A DNA stretch of 64,000 nt from Agriterribacter sp. Its GTDB lineage: Bacteria; Bacteroidota; Bacteroidia; Chitinophagales; Chitinophagaceae. The notes below the pieces were generated by a model. That model was given only the letters and a program-made list of their open reading frames with translations. It was not told the DNA's origin and did no database searches. The stretch's first letter is position 1, and the number at the start of each line of letters is the position of its first letter. A program made the position numbers and the translations under genes. Shown piece after piece: positions 39,218 to 49,202 of this stretch. The stretch lies in contig JBQCFW010000114.1 of assembly GCA_051958655.1 (NCBI GenBank), forward strand, positions 8,319 to 72,318, given 5' to 3'.

Positions 39218-41224
39218 ATGAAAAAAATTCCTGGCCTTATCCTGGTGCTGCTATGCTTAGCAACAAGTCCGCTTATTGCGCAAGATAAGCTGAACCTTAA
39301 ATACGGAAAAATAACTCCCGCCGATTTCGATTTATCCAAGCACAAGTTTGATACCAGCGTGAGCGCCGTGGTAATTGCGGATGTGGGCAGATCAGATTTT
39401 GAAGGAAACATAAAAGGATGGTTTTCCCTGACTTTTAAAAGGCATACCCGTATTAAAATATTAAACAAAAACGGGATGGATGCTGCTGATGTGAGTATTC
39501 CTTTATTTTTTATAGGAAACGCCGAAGAGAAAGTATCTAATTTAAAAGCCAGCACTTACACACTGGAAGATGGAAAAGTGGTAGAAACAGAGCTGGACAA
39601 GAAGTCTATCTTCAAAGATAAGTACGACAAAAACCACATGACGGTGAAGTTCACGCTGCCTGGTGTAAAAGAAGGAGCGATTATAGAATATAGTTATGTA
39701 GTTACTTCTGATTTTTTACAAAATCTCCAACCTTGGGAATTTCAAGGCGAATACCCCATTTTGTGGAGTGAATATGAAGTAAAGATGCCGGCGTTTTTCA
39801 ATTATGTATTTCTTTCCCAGGGCGTAATGGTTTTAGACCACAATGTAGAAACCACAAGAGAAAACTATGTGGTTACAGAACCAGGTGGCGTTTCTGCGTC
39901 GTCCAGCTACAGGTTTTCTTCTAACGCGACTCTGCACAAATGGGTGGCTAAGAATGTACCGGTTCTAAAAACAGAGAGCTTTACATCAGATATAGACAAC
40001 CATATTTCAAAAATTGAATTCCAGTTATCGCAATACCGGTTTCCGAATATGCCTGTAAAAGATGTAATGGGTAACTGGGCAACGGTTGCAGTAGAATTGA
40101 TGAAGGATGAAGATTTTGGTTTAGGTCTTACCAAATCCAATAACTGGCTGGATGATGAACTGGCACCCGTTGTGCAGGGCACAACCGATAAGCTGGAAAA
40201 AGCAAAGAAGATTTATGCATACGTAAGAGATAAATTTACTTCCACCGGAACGCGAGGTATTTATTTATCCACTTCATTAAAAACAATCAACAAGAATAAG
40301 AGCGGTTATGTTCCGGATTTGAACATGCTGCTGACAACGATGTTACGGCAACAGGATATTGAGGCCTACCCGGTCTTACTGAGTTTGCGCTCACGTGGAT
40401 ATACACACGAATTTTATCCGTTGATGAATAGATTCAATTATGTGATTTGTGGTGTTAAGATCGATGACAAATTTTACTATCTGGACGCGAGCGATCCGAC
40501 ACTTGGATTCAACAAACTCTCAAGTGAGTGTTATAACGGGCATGCAAGGATAATTATGCCTGATGTTGCAAAGGCCATTTATTTCCAGGCCGATTCATTG
40601 GTAGAAAAAAAGCTCACATCTGTATTCATGCGCAGTTCTAAGCCAGGCGAATGGGATGGACATTTCTCCAGCAATATGGGCTATTATGAGTCGATAAGAG
40701 TAAGATCGAGCGTAAAATCAAAAGGCGAAGAGCCCTTTTTTAAAGCCATTCAAACCAGTTACACAGCCGACTGGTCTATCAACAATCAGAAAATCGATCA
40801 GATAAAAGAATTGGAAAAACCGGTTAAAGTAGAATATGATTTTGTGATGAAAACGGAAGAGGATATGGTTTATTTCAATCCCATGATGAATGAAGGTTAT
40901 AAAGAGAACTTTTTAAAATCTGCAGAGCGTTCCTATCCGGTAGAAATGCCTTATTGTTTTGATGAGACGTACATTTTTACCATGGAAATTCCACAGGATT
41001 ATACAGTAGAAGAAATTCCCAAATCTGCCAAAGTGAATTTTGGCGACAAGGATGGCTATTTTGAATACATGATAGACAAAAGCGGTGAAACGATCAGGTT
41101 AAGGTCAAGAATAAAATTAAACAGGGCTACTTATGCACCAGAAGAATACAACGATCTGCGTGATTTTTTTAGTTATGTGGTGAAAAAACATGCAGAACCA
41201 ATCGTATTTAAAAAGAAAAAATAA
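39218..41224 (+). CDS. DUF3857/transglutaminase-like protein, catalytic Cys absent
   Basis: DUF3857 VKEGAIIEYSY; TG-like core KSGYVPDL and FNYVIC in place of Cys and His. Confidence 0.85.
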   Translation: MKKIPGLILVLLCLATSPLIAQDKLNLKYGKITPADFDLSKHKFDTSVSAVVIADVGRSDFEGNIKGWFSLTFKRHTRIKILNKNGMDAADVSIPLFFIGNAEEKVSNLKASTYTLEDGKVVETELDKKSIFKDKYDKNHMTVKFTLPGVKEGAIIEYSYVVTSDFLQNLQPWEFQGEYPILWSEYEVKMPAFFNYVFLSQGVMVLDHNVETTRENYVVTEPGGVSASSSYRFSSNATLHKWVAKNVPVLKTESFTSDIDNHISKIEFQLSQYRFPNMPVKDVMGNWATVAVELMKDEDFGLGLTKSNNWLDDELAPVVQGTTDKLEKAKKIYAYVRDKFTSTGTRGIYLSTSLKTINKNKSGYVPDLNMLLTTMLRQQDIEAYPVLLSLRSRGYTHEFYPLMNRFNYVICGVKIDDKFYYLDASDPTLGFNKLSSECYNGHARIIMPDVAKAIYFQADSLVEKKLTSVFMRSSKPGEWDGHFSSNMGYYESIRVRSSVKSKGEEPFFKAIQTSYTADWSINNQKIDQIKELEKPVKVEYDFVMKTEEDMVYFNPMMNEGYKENFLKSAERSYPVEMPYCFDETYIFTMEIPQDYTVEEIPKSAKVNFGDKDGYFEYMIDKSGETIRLRSRIKLNRATYAPEEYNDLRDFFSYVVKKHAEPIVFKKKK

Positions 41225-41227
41225 TCT

Positions 41228-43138
41228 ATGAGGAAAACATATTTATTACCTGTGGCAGTTTTGCTATTTGCCATTTCTGCGTTTGCGGGCGACGTTGATT
41301 ACGCCGTGAGCAAAATTCCTGAAGCGCTTTCAAAGAAAGCAAATGTTGTAATGCGCACAGATGAATTGCGGTTTGAGGTAGTGCATTTAGGGAAAAGCAT
41401 CACTAAAAGAAAATATGCCATTACCATATTGAATGAAAACGGCGATCGGGAAGCATTTTTGTACTTGTGGTATGATAAGTTGCATTCAATCGAATCTATG
41501 GATGGTAATTTGTACGATGCTGCGGGGAAAAAAATCAGAAGTCTCAAAAAAAGTGAAATCAAAGATCGGAGCGCCACGGACGATATAAGCCTGGCAGATG
41601 ATAACAGAATCAAGGTGCATAATTTCTATCACAGAAGTTACCCTTACACGGTAGAATATGAATACGAGCTCCAACACGCCGGAACTTATACCTTCCCGCA
41701 TTGGCAACCTATAAGCGACGAAAAGTATGCAGTAGAACAAAGTGCTTTAACCATTGTTGTGCCGCCAGACATTTCTTTTCGTTACAAGGCTTTCAATTAT
41801 AAGTCTGAACCGGTAACCGGCAACGAAAAATCAGATAAAACTTTTCGCTGGGAAGTCAAGGGCCTGGAACCTGTTGAATTGGAGTATGCAAGCCCCTCCT
41901 GGGACTATATTGTGCCAACCGTATATACAGCTCCCAATAAATTCAAACTTGATAAGTATGAAGGCGATATGTCAACCTGGGAAGAATTCGGGAAGTTCAG
42001 CGCGCAGTTGAACAAAGGGAGAGACAATTTACCGGACGATATTAAGCAGAAAGTTCATTCCTTGGCAGATGGTTTGAAAACCGACAAAGAAAAAGTAAAA
42101 GTATTGTATAAGTATATGCAGCAAAATACCCGGTATATAAGCATACAATTAGGTATTGGAGGGTTGCAACCCTACGACGCCACCTATGTGGCTACTAAAA
42201 AATATGGCGATTGTAAAGCGTTATCGAACTATATGTATTCGCTTTTGAAAGAGGCGGGCATCAAATCTCATTACACCTTAGTGCGTGCCGGTAAAGGTGC
42301 TTCCTATATGTTAAAAGATTTTCCGTACGATCCTTTTAACCACATTATCTTATGTGTTCCTTTGCAAAAGGATTCTGTGTGGCTGGAATGCACCAATCAA
42401 ACTCTGCCTGCTGGTTACCTCGGAGGTTTTACGGATGACCGGTATGTATTGTTGATTGATGAAACTGGCGGTAAACTGGTTAAAACACCCAAATACAGCA
42501 TGCAGCAAAATATGCAGGTGCGCAATGTAGCAGGCAAAGTGGCAGAAACCGGTATGCTTACCATCCACATTAACTCCTCGTACAAAGCATTGCAACAAGA
42601 CAGATTGCACAGCGTGGCTACTTCGCTTTCACGCGAAAAACAACTGGAATATCTGAAAGAGCAAATTGATCTTCCTCATTACGATGTTGCAAACTTTAGT
42701 TTTTCCGAAGATAAAGCATCATTACCAACGCTTACCGAACATCTGGAAATAAATGCCACCAACTACGCTTCCGTAACTGGTAAGCGATTGTTTGTAAATC
42801 CGAATATTATCAGCAGGATGTATATCAAGCTTAAGGCAGAGGAGAAAAGAAAATATCCTATTTCATTAGGAATGGATTATGTAGATATAGATACTGCCGT
42901 AGTGGAAGTGCCGCCCGGATATACTCCCGAAGCGATGCCAGGGCCTTTGAAACTCGAAGGGAAGTTTGGGAAATTTCAATGTTCTACCGAATTTAAAGAC
43001 AACAAACTCGTGTATCACAGGTATATTGAAAAACGTGGCGGCGAATACCCCGCCTCTGACTACGCAGAGCTTGTAAAATTTTACGACCAGATTTATAAGG
43101 CAGACCGCACCAGGGTAGTGCTCGTAAAAAAAGAATAA
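41228..43138 (+). CDS. DUF3857/transglutaminase-like protein with catalytic Cys-His
   Basis: NTRYISIQLGIGG, YGDCKALS, FNHIIL, WLECT. Confidence 0.88.
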   Translation: MRKTYLLPVAVLLFAISAFAGDVDYAVSKIPEALSKKANVVMRTDELRFEVVHLGKSITKRKYAITILNENGDREAFLYLWYDKLHSIESMDGNLYDAAGKKIRSLKKSEIKDRSATDDISLADDNRIKVHNFYHRSYPYTVEYEYELQHAGTYTFPHWQPISDEKYAVEQSALTIVVPPDISFRYKAFNYKSEPVTGNEKSDKTFRWEVKGLEPVELEYASPSWDYIVPTVYTAPNKFKLDKYEGDMSTWEEFGKFSAQLNKGRDNLPDDIKQKVHSLADGLKTDKEKVKVLYKYMQQNTRYISIQLGIGGLQPYDATYVATKKYGDCKALSNYMYSLLKEAGIKSHYTLVRAGKGASYMLKDFPYDPFNHIILCVPLQKDSVWLECTNQTLPAGYLGGFTDDRYVLLIDETGGKLVKTPKYSMQQNMQVRNVAGKVAETGMLTIHINSSYKALQQDRLHSVATSLSREKQLEYLKEQIDLPHYDVANFSFSEDKASLPTLTEHLEINATNYASVTGKRLFVNPNIISRMYIKLKAEEKRKYPISLGMDYVDIDTAVVEVPPGYTPEAMPGPLKLEGKFGKFQCSTEFKDNKLVYHRYIEKRGGEYPASDYAELVKFYDQIYKADRTRVVLVKKE

Positions 43139-43168
43139 GCCCGTTCCGGGCCTGTTATAACTATTTGT

Positions 43169-43205
43169 AAAAAGCGGCAGTGGTTTCTCCCCGCCGCTTT
43201 TTTAT
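43169..43205 (+). terminator. Intrinsic terminator
   Basis: AAAAGCGGC...GCCGCTTTTTT hairpin after the DUF3857 pair. Confidence 0.65.
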
Positions 43206-43349
43206 TACGCAGCTCATATTCCGCATGATAAGTAAGTACAATTAAATGCCTTTTTAGCGTCAAGTTTTTCTGCGATTATGCCTTACCTTTAGCCCCCTCC
43301 AAATAAGGGGATAACGATTATTTGTTTCACAAAAAACAGTAAATATAGT

Positions 43350-44678
43350 ATGAGCATTATAACAGGGAGCCGCGAATATTTTCCGGGTATAGGTAAAATC
43401 AAATTTGAAGGTCAGCAGTCAGACAATCCGTTGGCATTTAAATGGTACGATGAGAACAAGGTAGTTGCTGGCAAAACGATGAAGGAACATTTTCGTTTTG
43501 CGGTAGCTTACTGGCACACCTTCTGCGGTACCGGTGCCGATCCTTTCGGACCGGGTACAAAACTATTCCCGTGGGATGAGAATGCCGATGCCGTACAAAG
43601 AGCAAAAGACAAAGCCGATGCAGCTTTTGAATTTATTACCAAGCTGGGTGTTCCATACTATTGCTTTCACGATATAGACCTGGTAGACGAAGGCGGCTCT
43701 TTATCTGAATACGAAAGCAGGCTGAAGTCTGTGGTAGATTATCTTAAAGGCAAACAAAAAGAAAGCGGTGTAAAGCTGCTGTGGGGCACTGCCAATGTGT
43801 TTTCCAACCCGCGTTATATGAACGGTGCTTCTACCAATCCTGATTTTAATGCGGTAGCCTATGCCGGTGCGCAGGTTAAAAATGCGTTGGATGCAACTAT
43901 TGCATTGAACGGAGAAAACTACGTTTTCTGGGGTGGCAGAGAAGGCTATATGACGCTGCTGAATACGGACATGAAGCGCGAACTGGATCATTTAGGTCAA
44001 TTCCTCACCATGGCGCGCGATTATGCGCGTGCAAATGGCTTTAAAGGCACTTTCTTTATTGAACCCAAACCCTGCGAGCCCACCAAGCATCAATACGACT
44101 ACGATGCTGCAACCGTATTAGGCTTTTTAAGGCATTACGGGCTGGACAAAGACTTCAAATTAAACCTCGAAGTAAACCATGCTACGCTTGCAGGTCATAC
44201 TTTTCAGCACGAACTGCAGGTAGCTGCTGATAATGGTATGCTGGGCAGCATGGATGCCAACAGGGGCGATTACCAGAACGGCTGGGATACAGACCAGTTT
44301 CCGGTAAACCTGAATGAGCTTGCCGAATGCATGCTCATTATTCTCGAAGCGGGTGGCTTTGCCGGTGGCGGTGTGAATTTTGATGCCAAAACACGCCGCA
44401 ATTCTACCGACCTGGAAGATATTTTTCATGCACATATCGGCGGTATGGACGCATTTGCCAGGGCGCTGGTAATTGCCGATAACATCCTGCAGAAATCTCC
44501 CTATAAAAAATTCCGTAAAGAACGCTATGCATCTTTCGACAGCGGAAAAGGAAAAGAATTTGAAAGCGGTAAATTAAAGCTGGAAGATCTGAGGAATTTT
44601 GCCGCCGAAAATGGCGAGCCCAAACAGATCAGCGGTAAGCAGGAATGGTTGGAAAACATTATCAACCAGTATATCTGA
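43350..44678 (+). CDS. xylA: Xylose isomerase (class II)
   Basis: [51 protein letters not shown]. Confidence 0.97.
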   Translation: MSIITGSREYFPGIGKIKFEGQQSDNPLAFKWYDENKVVAGKTMKEHFRFAVAYWHTFCGTGADPFGPGTKLFPWDENADAVQRAKDKADAAFEFITKLGVPYYCFHDIDLVDEGGSLSEYESRLKSVVDYLKGKQKESGVKLLWGTANVFSNPRYMNGASTNPDFNAVAYAGAQVKNALDATIALNGENYVFWGGREGYMTLLNTDMKRELDHLGQFLTMARDYARANGFKGTFFIEPKPCEPTKHQYDYDAATVLGFLRHYGLDKDFKLNLEVNHATLAGHTFQHELQVAADNGMLGSMDANRGDYQNGWDTDQFPVNLNELAECMLIILEAGGFAGGGVNFDAKTRRNSTDLEDIFHAHIGGMDAFARALVIADNILQKSPYKKFRKERYASFDSGKGKEFESGKLKLEDLRNFAAENGEPKQISGKQEWLENIINQYI

Positions 44679-44778
44679 GGGCCTGAAAGATAATTTCCTG
44701 CAGATTTTCGCGGATGTTGATCACAGGTACTGAATCCATCAGCATTTCACCGTAAAATACAGATATGTTATTAATGAA

Positions 44779-44823
44779 TGCCGCAGATTCGCAGATGAAA
44801 CAAACTAATCTGCGATCTGCGGC
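44779..44823. repeat. GCAGAT-type intergenic palindrome
   Basis: TGCCGCAGATTCGCAGAT...ATCTGCGATCTGCGGCA. Confidence 0.7.
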
Positions 44824-44937
44824 ATATTAAGTACGAAGTGGACTAATTAACCGGGCATCGCATAACAATTTATTTATAGCCAAATCATCTTTTTAACGTA
44901 GGTTTGCGCGCTTTTTAAATCACTGTTGTTTTGTTGG

Positions 44938-45026
44938 CGATGAAGAGGCTGCAAAGGTTCGGAACTTTGCAAAGACGCTCACCTGCTTTTTCAACAAGTT
45001 TATAAAGTTCGCAACCTTAGTCATCC
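44938..45026. repeat. About 90-bp dispersed inverted-repeat element, second copy
   Basis: GCAAAGGTTCGGAACTTTGCAAA...CACCTGCTTTT...TCATCC, near-identical to 27365-27453. Confidence 0.85.
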
Positions 45027-45075
45027 TTAACTGAACGGCATTCTTTTTTAAACCTGTGTTATAAAACTGAACATA

Positions 45076-46266
45076 ATGAAACTTTCATCGAGATTGCAAA
45101 AATTCAACGAGCCCGAAACACTGAAAATGGCAAAACTGGGTCGTGAATTAAGAGCCAAAGGAATAGATGTGATTGACCTGAGCCTGGGCGAGCCCGATTT
45201 TGATACTCCCGAGCATGTAAAGGAAGCTGCCAAGGTAGCTATCGACAAAAATTTCAGTCACTATACGCCTGTAGCCGGCTATGCCGACCTTCGTGAGGCG
45301 ATTTGCACCAAGCTGAAGCGCGACAATAACCTGGATTATAAGCCTGAAAATGTGCTGGCGTCCACCGGGGCCAAACAGAGCTTGGCAAACCTGATACTGG
45401 CGATTGTTGACATCGGCGATGAAGTGATCATTCCCACACCGTTCTGGGTAACTTACTCAGAGCTGGTGAGGTTGGCTGATGGAAAGCCTGTTTTCATCCA
45501 GTCGTCTATTGAAAGCAAATACAAGATCACGCCGGTGCAACTGGAAGCGGCTATTACGCCTAAAACAAAGTTGTTCATGTTTTCTTCACCCTGCAATCCT
45601 TCGGGATCGGTGTATACGAAAGCAGAACTGGAAGGACTTGCGAATGTTTTCCGCAAACATCCGGATATACTGATCATTTCCGACGAGATATACGAGTACA
45701 TTAACTACAATGCAAAACACGAAAGCATTGCACAGTTTGCTGACATCAAGGATCGCGTAATTATCGTAAATGGTTTGAGTAAAGGTTTTGCTATGACCGG
45801 CTGGCGCCTTGGCTACATTGCCGCCGACCCCATTATTGTAAAAGCCTGCGAAAAGTTGCAGGGACAATTAACCAGCGCTACCTGCTCTATTACACAACGT
45901 GCTGCTATAGACGCTTTAACCGGCGATCTTACTCCCTCGCACGAAATGCTGAAAGCGTTTACCGAACGCCGTAAGCGCATATTGGATTTATTGAAAGAGA
46001 TTCCTGGTATTGAATGTGCAGAACCCGATGGCGCTTTTTATGTGTTTCCAAAAGTGAATGCTTATTTTGGTAAAAAAGATGGCGACACTGTTATCGCTAA
46101 TGCAGATGACCTGTGCATGTATCTTTTGAACACAGCGCATGTTTCAACGGTTACGGGTACTGCTTTTGGCGAACCAACGTGCATCAGGTTGTCGTTTGCC
46201 AACAGCATGACGAATATTGAAAAAGCCGCCGAGCGTATTAAAAAAGCGCTGGCTGCGTTGAAATAG
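45076..46266 (+). CDS. PLP-dependent aminotransferase class I/II (AspC-like)
   Basis: GEPDF, SSPCNPSG, DEIY, GLSKGFAMTGWRLG. Confidence 0.93.
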   Translation: MKLSSRLQKFNEPETLKMAKLGRELRAKGIDVIDLSLGEPDFDTPEHVKEAAKVAIDKNFSHYTPVAGYADLREAICTKLKRDNNLDYKPENVLASTGAKQSLANLILAIVDIGDEVIIPTPFWVTYSELVRLADGKPVFIQSSIESKYKITPVQLEAAITPKTKLFMFSSPCNPSGSVYTKAELEGLANVFRKHPDILIISDEIYEYINYNAKHESIAQFADIKDRVIIVNGLSKGFAMTGWRLGYIAADPIIVKACEKLQGQLTSATCSITQRAAIDALTGDLTPSHEMLKAFTERRKRILDLLKEIPGIECAEPDGAFYVFPKVNAYFGKKDGDTVIANADDLCMYLLNTAHVSTVTGTAFGEPTCIRLSFANSMTNIEKAAERIKKALAALK

Positions 46267-46540
46267 CGGTCAGCCGTCAGCAGTGAGCTATCAGCAATCG
46301 ACTATATTTAGATTGCCAACTTTTTTAAAGTTGGCAATTTTTTTTGCACCTGCGCCAATACCATCCATCAGGCTGCCTTAGTAGCGGCCGATATATAGCC
46401 GGTCGGCCCGCCGGAATGGGTCTTTGTGGAATAGCAGGCGGTCTGACCGACAGCAACTATCGCTGTCAGCTATCAGCAATCGACAATCTAAGGTCGCCAA
46501 CTTTTTACCTGACCGCTGATTGCTGACAGCTGACAGCTTC
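46265..46540. repeat. Composite intergenic repeat (heptamer arrays, family 1 palindrome at 46312-46338, CCATCCATCAG module)
   Basis: AGCTATCAGCAATCGAC twice; ATTGCCAACTTT-ttt-AAAGTTGGCAAT; module shared with 21043-21115. Confidence 0.75.
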
Positions 46541-46679
46541 TCGCTTCTTGTTTTTTTTAAATACTTTGTTTGAAAAAATCGGAAGTCCTATCTTAGCAGC
46601 TGCACTTTTCAGCGTTCATCTTCTAATCTTCGGCTAAAACACTGTCCGGTTTGCTGCTCTATTCAAATCAAAATTTTGT

Positions 46680-49163
46680 ATGAAGAAAATCTGCTCTGTT
46701 TTAACAACCGCTATCTGTTTCCTGGCTTGTGTGGCATACGCCCAGGATACTGTTTATTTTAACCAGGGTTTTATGGCCAATGGCATACACAAGTATGGAA
46801 GAGAAGCATTGTATACCGACCTGCTGGTACACCAGTTGTATACGGGTACATTAAAAAAGCCTGCCGACGGCAGCGTGCTGGGTACCAACAGCGAAGGACA
46901 GGAAATAAAATGGATGCTGGTAACTGCCGATTCTGCACACCGTTTCAGGTTGCCACGCCCGGCGGGAGGATGGAACAGGAGAGGCGGCGGCTTTTCTAAC
47001 AGCAGCTATTTGTATGTAACCTATACTTCCGACAAAGAAAAAACGGCATTGCTCAACACCAAAGGAAGCAGCACCGTGTATGTAAATGGTGAGCCGCATA
47101 CAGGCGATCCCTATGCATCGGGCTGGTTATACATACCCGTTATGCTTAAAAAAGGGTTGAACGAGTTTTACATTCGTTCGGGTTTTGGTACTTCCGCCGC
47201 ACTCATCTTTCCTTCAAAAAGCATTTCATTAAATACTGAAGATCCCACTTTGCCGGTGCTGGTTTTACAACAGAACAATGCCGATGCTAAGGGCGCTGTG
47301 GTAGTTATTAATGCTACTGCAAAACCTCTGTCGAACTTGTCTGTTAAATCTGTATTGGCAGGAAAAGAAGCCATCACTCCATTACCCTCTGTACCTGCCA
47401 TGAGCAGCCGGAAAGTAGCTTTTGCATTTGATGGATCGGGCATTACAGAAAAGGGCAACCACGCGGTAAGCCTGTTGTTGTTGAAAGGAAATGCATTGGT
47501 GGACGAACAAAAGGTGAACATTGAAGCCGTATCTTCGGGGCAATCTTACAGTAATACTTTTATAAGCGATATAGACGGAAGTCTCCAATACTATGGCGTT
47601 ACTCCTCAGTCTTCTAACGATAAAACCAACGCTGCTTTGTTTCTTTCTGTGCATGGTGCAGGAGTAGAAGCCATTGGACAGGCAAGAGCATACAAACCGA
47701 AAGACTGGGGCACGCTGGTTGCCGCTACGAACCGCCGCCCGCGAGGCTTTAACTGGGAAGACTGGGGCAGACTGGACGCGCTGGAAGTATTCAACATTGC
47801 AAAGACCAGCTTTAAGCCCGATCCTCAAAAAATATATTTAACCGGACACTCTATGGGCGGGCACGGAACCTGGTACCTTGGCGCTACTTACCCGGATAAA
47901 TGGGCAGCCATTGCGCCTTGTGCCGGCTATCCTACCTTAAAAGAATACGGCTCGCACGACGGAAAAATTCCGGACAGCACATCGTCTGTGGCTGAACAAA
48001 TGTTACTCAGGGCAGGCAACCAGAGCGATGTGGTGAAGCTCGCCCAAAATTACCGGCCGCTGGGGGTATATATTTTTCACGGCGATTCAGACAGGGTAGT
48101 ATCTGTTGAGTATGCGCGGCAGATGCGCAAGGTGCTGGCAGACTTCCATCCAGATTATGCCTACAACGAATATCCCGGTGGCAGTCACTGGTTCGGCGAT
48201 CACAGTGTTGACTGGGCACCGCTGTTCAGCTTTTTTAAATCGCATACCATATTGCCGGACAGTGCTGTAAACAATATTGATTTTAAAACATCCAGCCCCG
48301 GTATTTCAGCTACTTACCGCTGGGCAACTATTTACCAGCAGGAGTATCCGTTGCAATTCAGCCGCGTGCAACTCGCCCGCAATGTATCGGGTAAAGCAAT
48401 TGTTGGTACAACTGAAAATATATCGCTGCTCAAACTTGCTATTACTTCGTTTGAGCCGGGCGCCGCCGTAAACATTACGCTCGACAGCCTGAACACGGTG
48501 AACTATACTGTAAAAAGCGCTACCGACAGCGTATTCCTGGCTAAAAAAGACGACCAATGGACGATCGTTGCGGCGCCGGGCCTTGAGCAAAAAGGACCGC
48601 ACCGGTATGGCACTTTTAAAGAACCCTTTAACCATAAAATGATATTTGTGTATGCCACCAAAGGCAATAAGGCGGAAAATGAATGGGCATTTAACAAAGC
48701 CCGCTACGATGCGGAAACCTGGTATTACCGTGGCAATGGCGCGGTAGACATCATTACAGACAAAGAATACGCCACCGGCAAATATGCAGGCAGGGGAGTA
48801 GTGCTGTATGGCAATGCGCAAACCAATGCAGCCTGGAGTTTATTGCTGAGTGATGCGCCTATACAGGTGCAGCGCAACAACATTAAGGCGGGCAGCAAAG
48901 TATGGCAGGGCGATGATATTGCTGCTTATTTTGTTTGGCCGGTTAAGGGATCGCCCAACACTTCGGTTGCGGTAATATCGGGCACCGGATTAAAGGGAAT
49001 GAACGCCGCCAATGCCAACCAGTATTTTGCCGGCGGAAGCGGTTTCCCAGATTACATGATCTTCAGGCTGGATATGCTGCGCGAGGGAAGCAGCGCCATA
49101 GAGTCGGCGGGATTTTTTAACAATGAATGGAAACTGGAAGAAAGGAATGGGTTTGTGAAATAG
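46680..49163 (+). CDS. Secreted modular alpha/beta-hydrolase (esterase/peptidase S9-like)
   Basis: Signal peptide; SVHGAG, TGHSMGGHG nucleophile motif, FHGDSD, GGSHW. Confidence 0.85.
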   Translation: MKKICSVLTTAICFLACVAYAQDTVYFNQGFMANGIHKYGREALYTDLLVHQLYTGTLKKPADGSVLGTNSEGQEIKWMLVTADSAHRFRLPRPAGGWNRRGGGFSNSSYLYVTYTSDKEKTALLNTKGSSTVYVNGEPHTGDPYASGWLYIPVMLKKGLNEFYIRSGFGTSAALIFPSKSISLNTEDPTLPVLVLQQNNADAKGAVVVINATAKPLSNLSVKSVLAGKEAITPLPSVPAMSSRKVAFAFDGSGITEKGNHAVSLLLLKGNALVDEQKVNIEAVSSGQSYSNTFISDIDGSLQYYGVTPQSSNDKTNAALFLSVHGAGVEAIGQARAYKPKDWGTLVAATNRRPRGFNWEDWGRLDALEVFNIAKTSFKPDPQKIYLTGHSMGGHGTWYLGATYPDKWAAIAPCAGYPTLKEYGSHDGKIPDSTSSVAEQMLLRAGNQSDVVKLAQNYRPLGVYIFHGDSDRVVSVEYARQMRKVLADFHPDYAYNEYPGGSHWFGDHSVDWAPLFSFFKSHTILPDSAVNNIDFKTSSPGISATYRWATIYQQEYPLQFSRVQLARNVSGKAIVGTTENISLLKLAITSFEPGAAVNITLDSLNTVNYTVKSATDSVFLAKKDDQWTIVAAPGLEQKGPHRYGTFKEPFNHKMIFVYATKGNKAENEWAFNKARYDAETWYYRGNGAVDIITDKEYATGKYAGRGVVLYGNAQTNAAWSLLLSDAPIQVQRNNIKAGSKVWQGDDIAAYFVWPVKGSPNTSVAVISGTGLKGMNAANANQYFAGGSGFPDYMIFRLDMLREGSSAIESAGFFNNEWKLEERNGFVK

Positions 49164-49170
49164 GTTTAAG

Positions 49171-49202
49171 TTGTAGAGACAAGGAATGCCTTGTCTCTAC
49201 AA
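49171..49202. repeat. GTAGAGAC-type REP palindrome
   Basis: TTGTAGAGACAAGG-aatg-CCTTGTCTCTACAA between convergent genes; contains the helicase stop codon. Confidence 0.85.
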
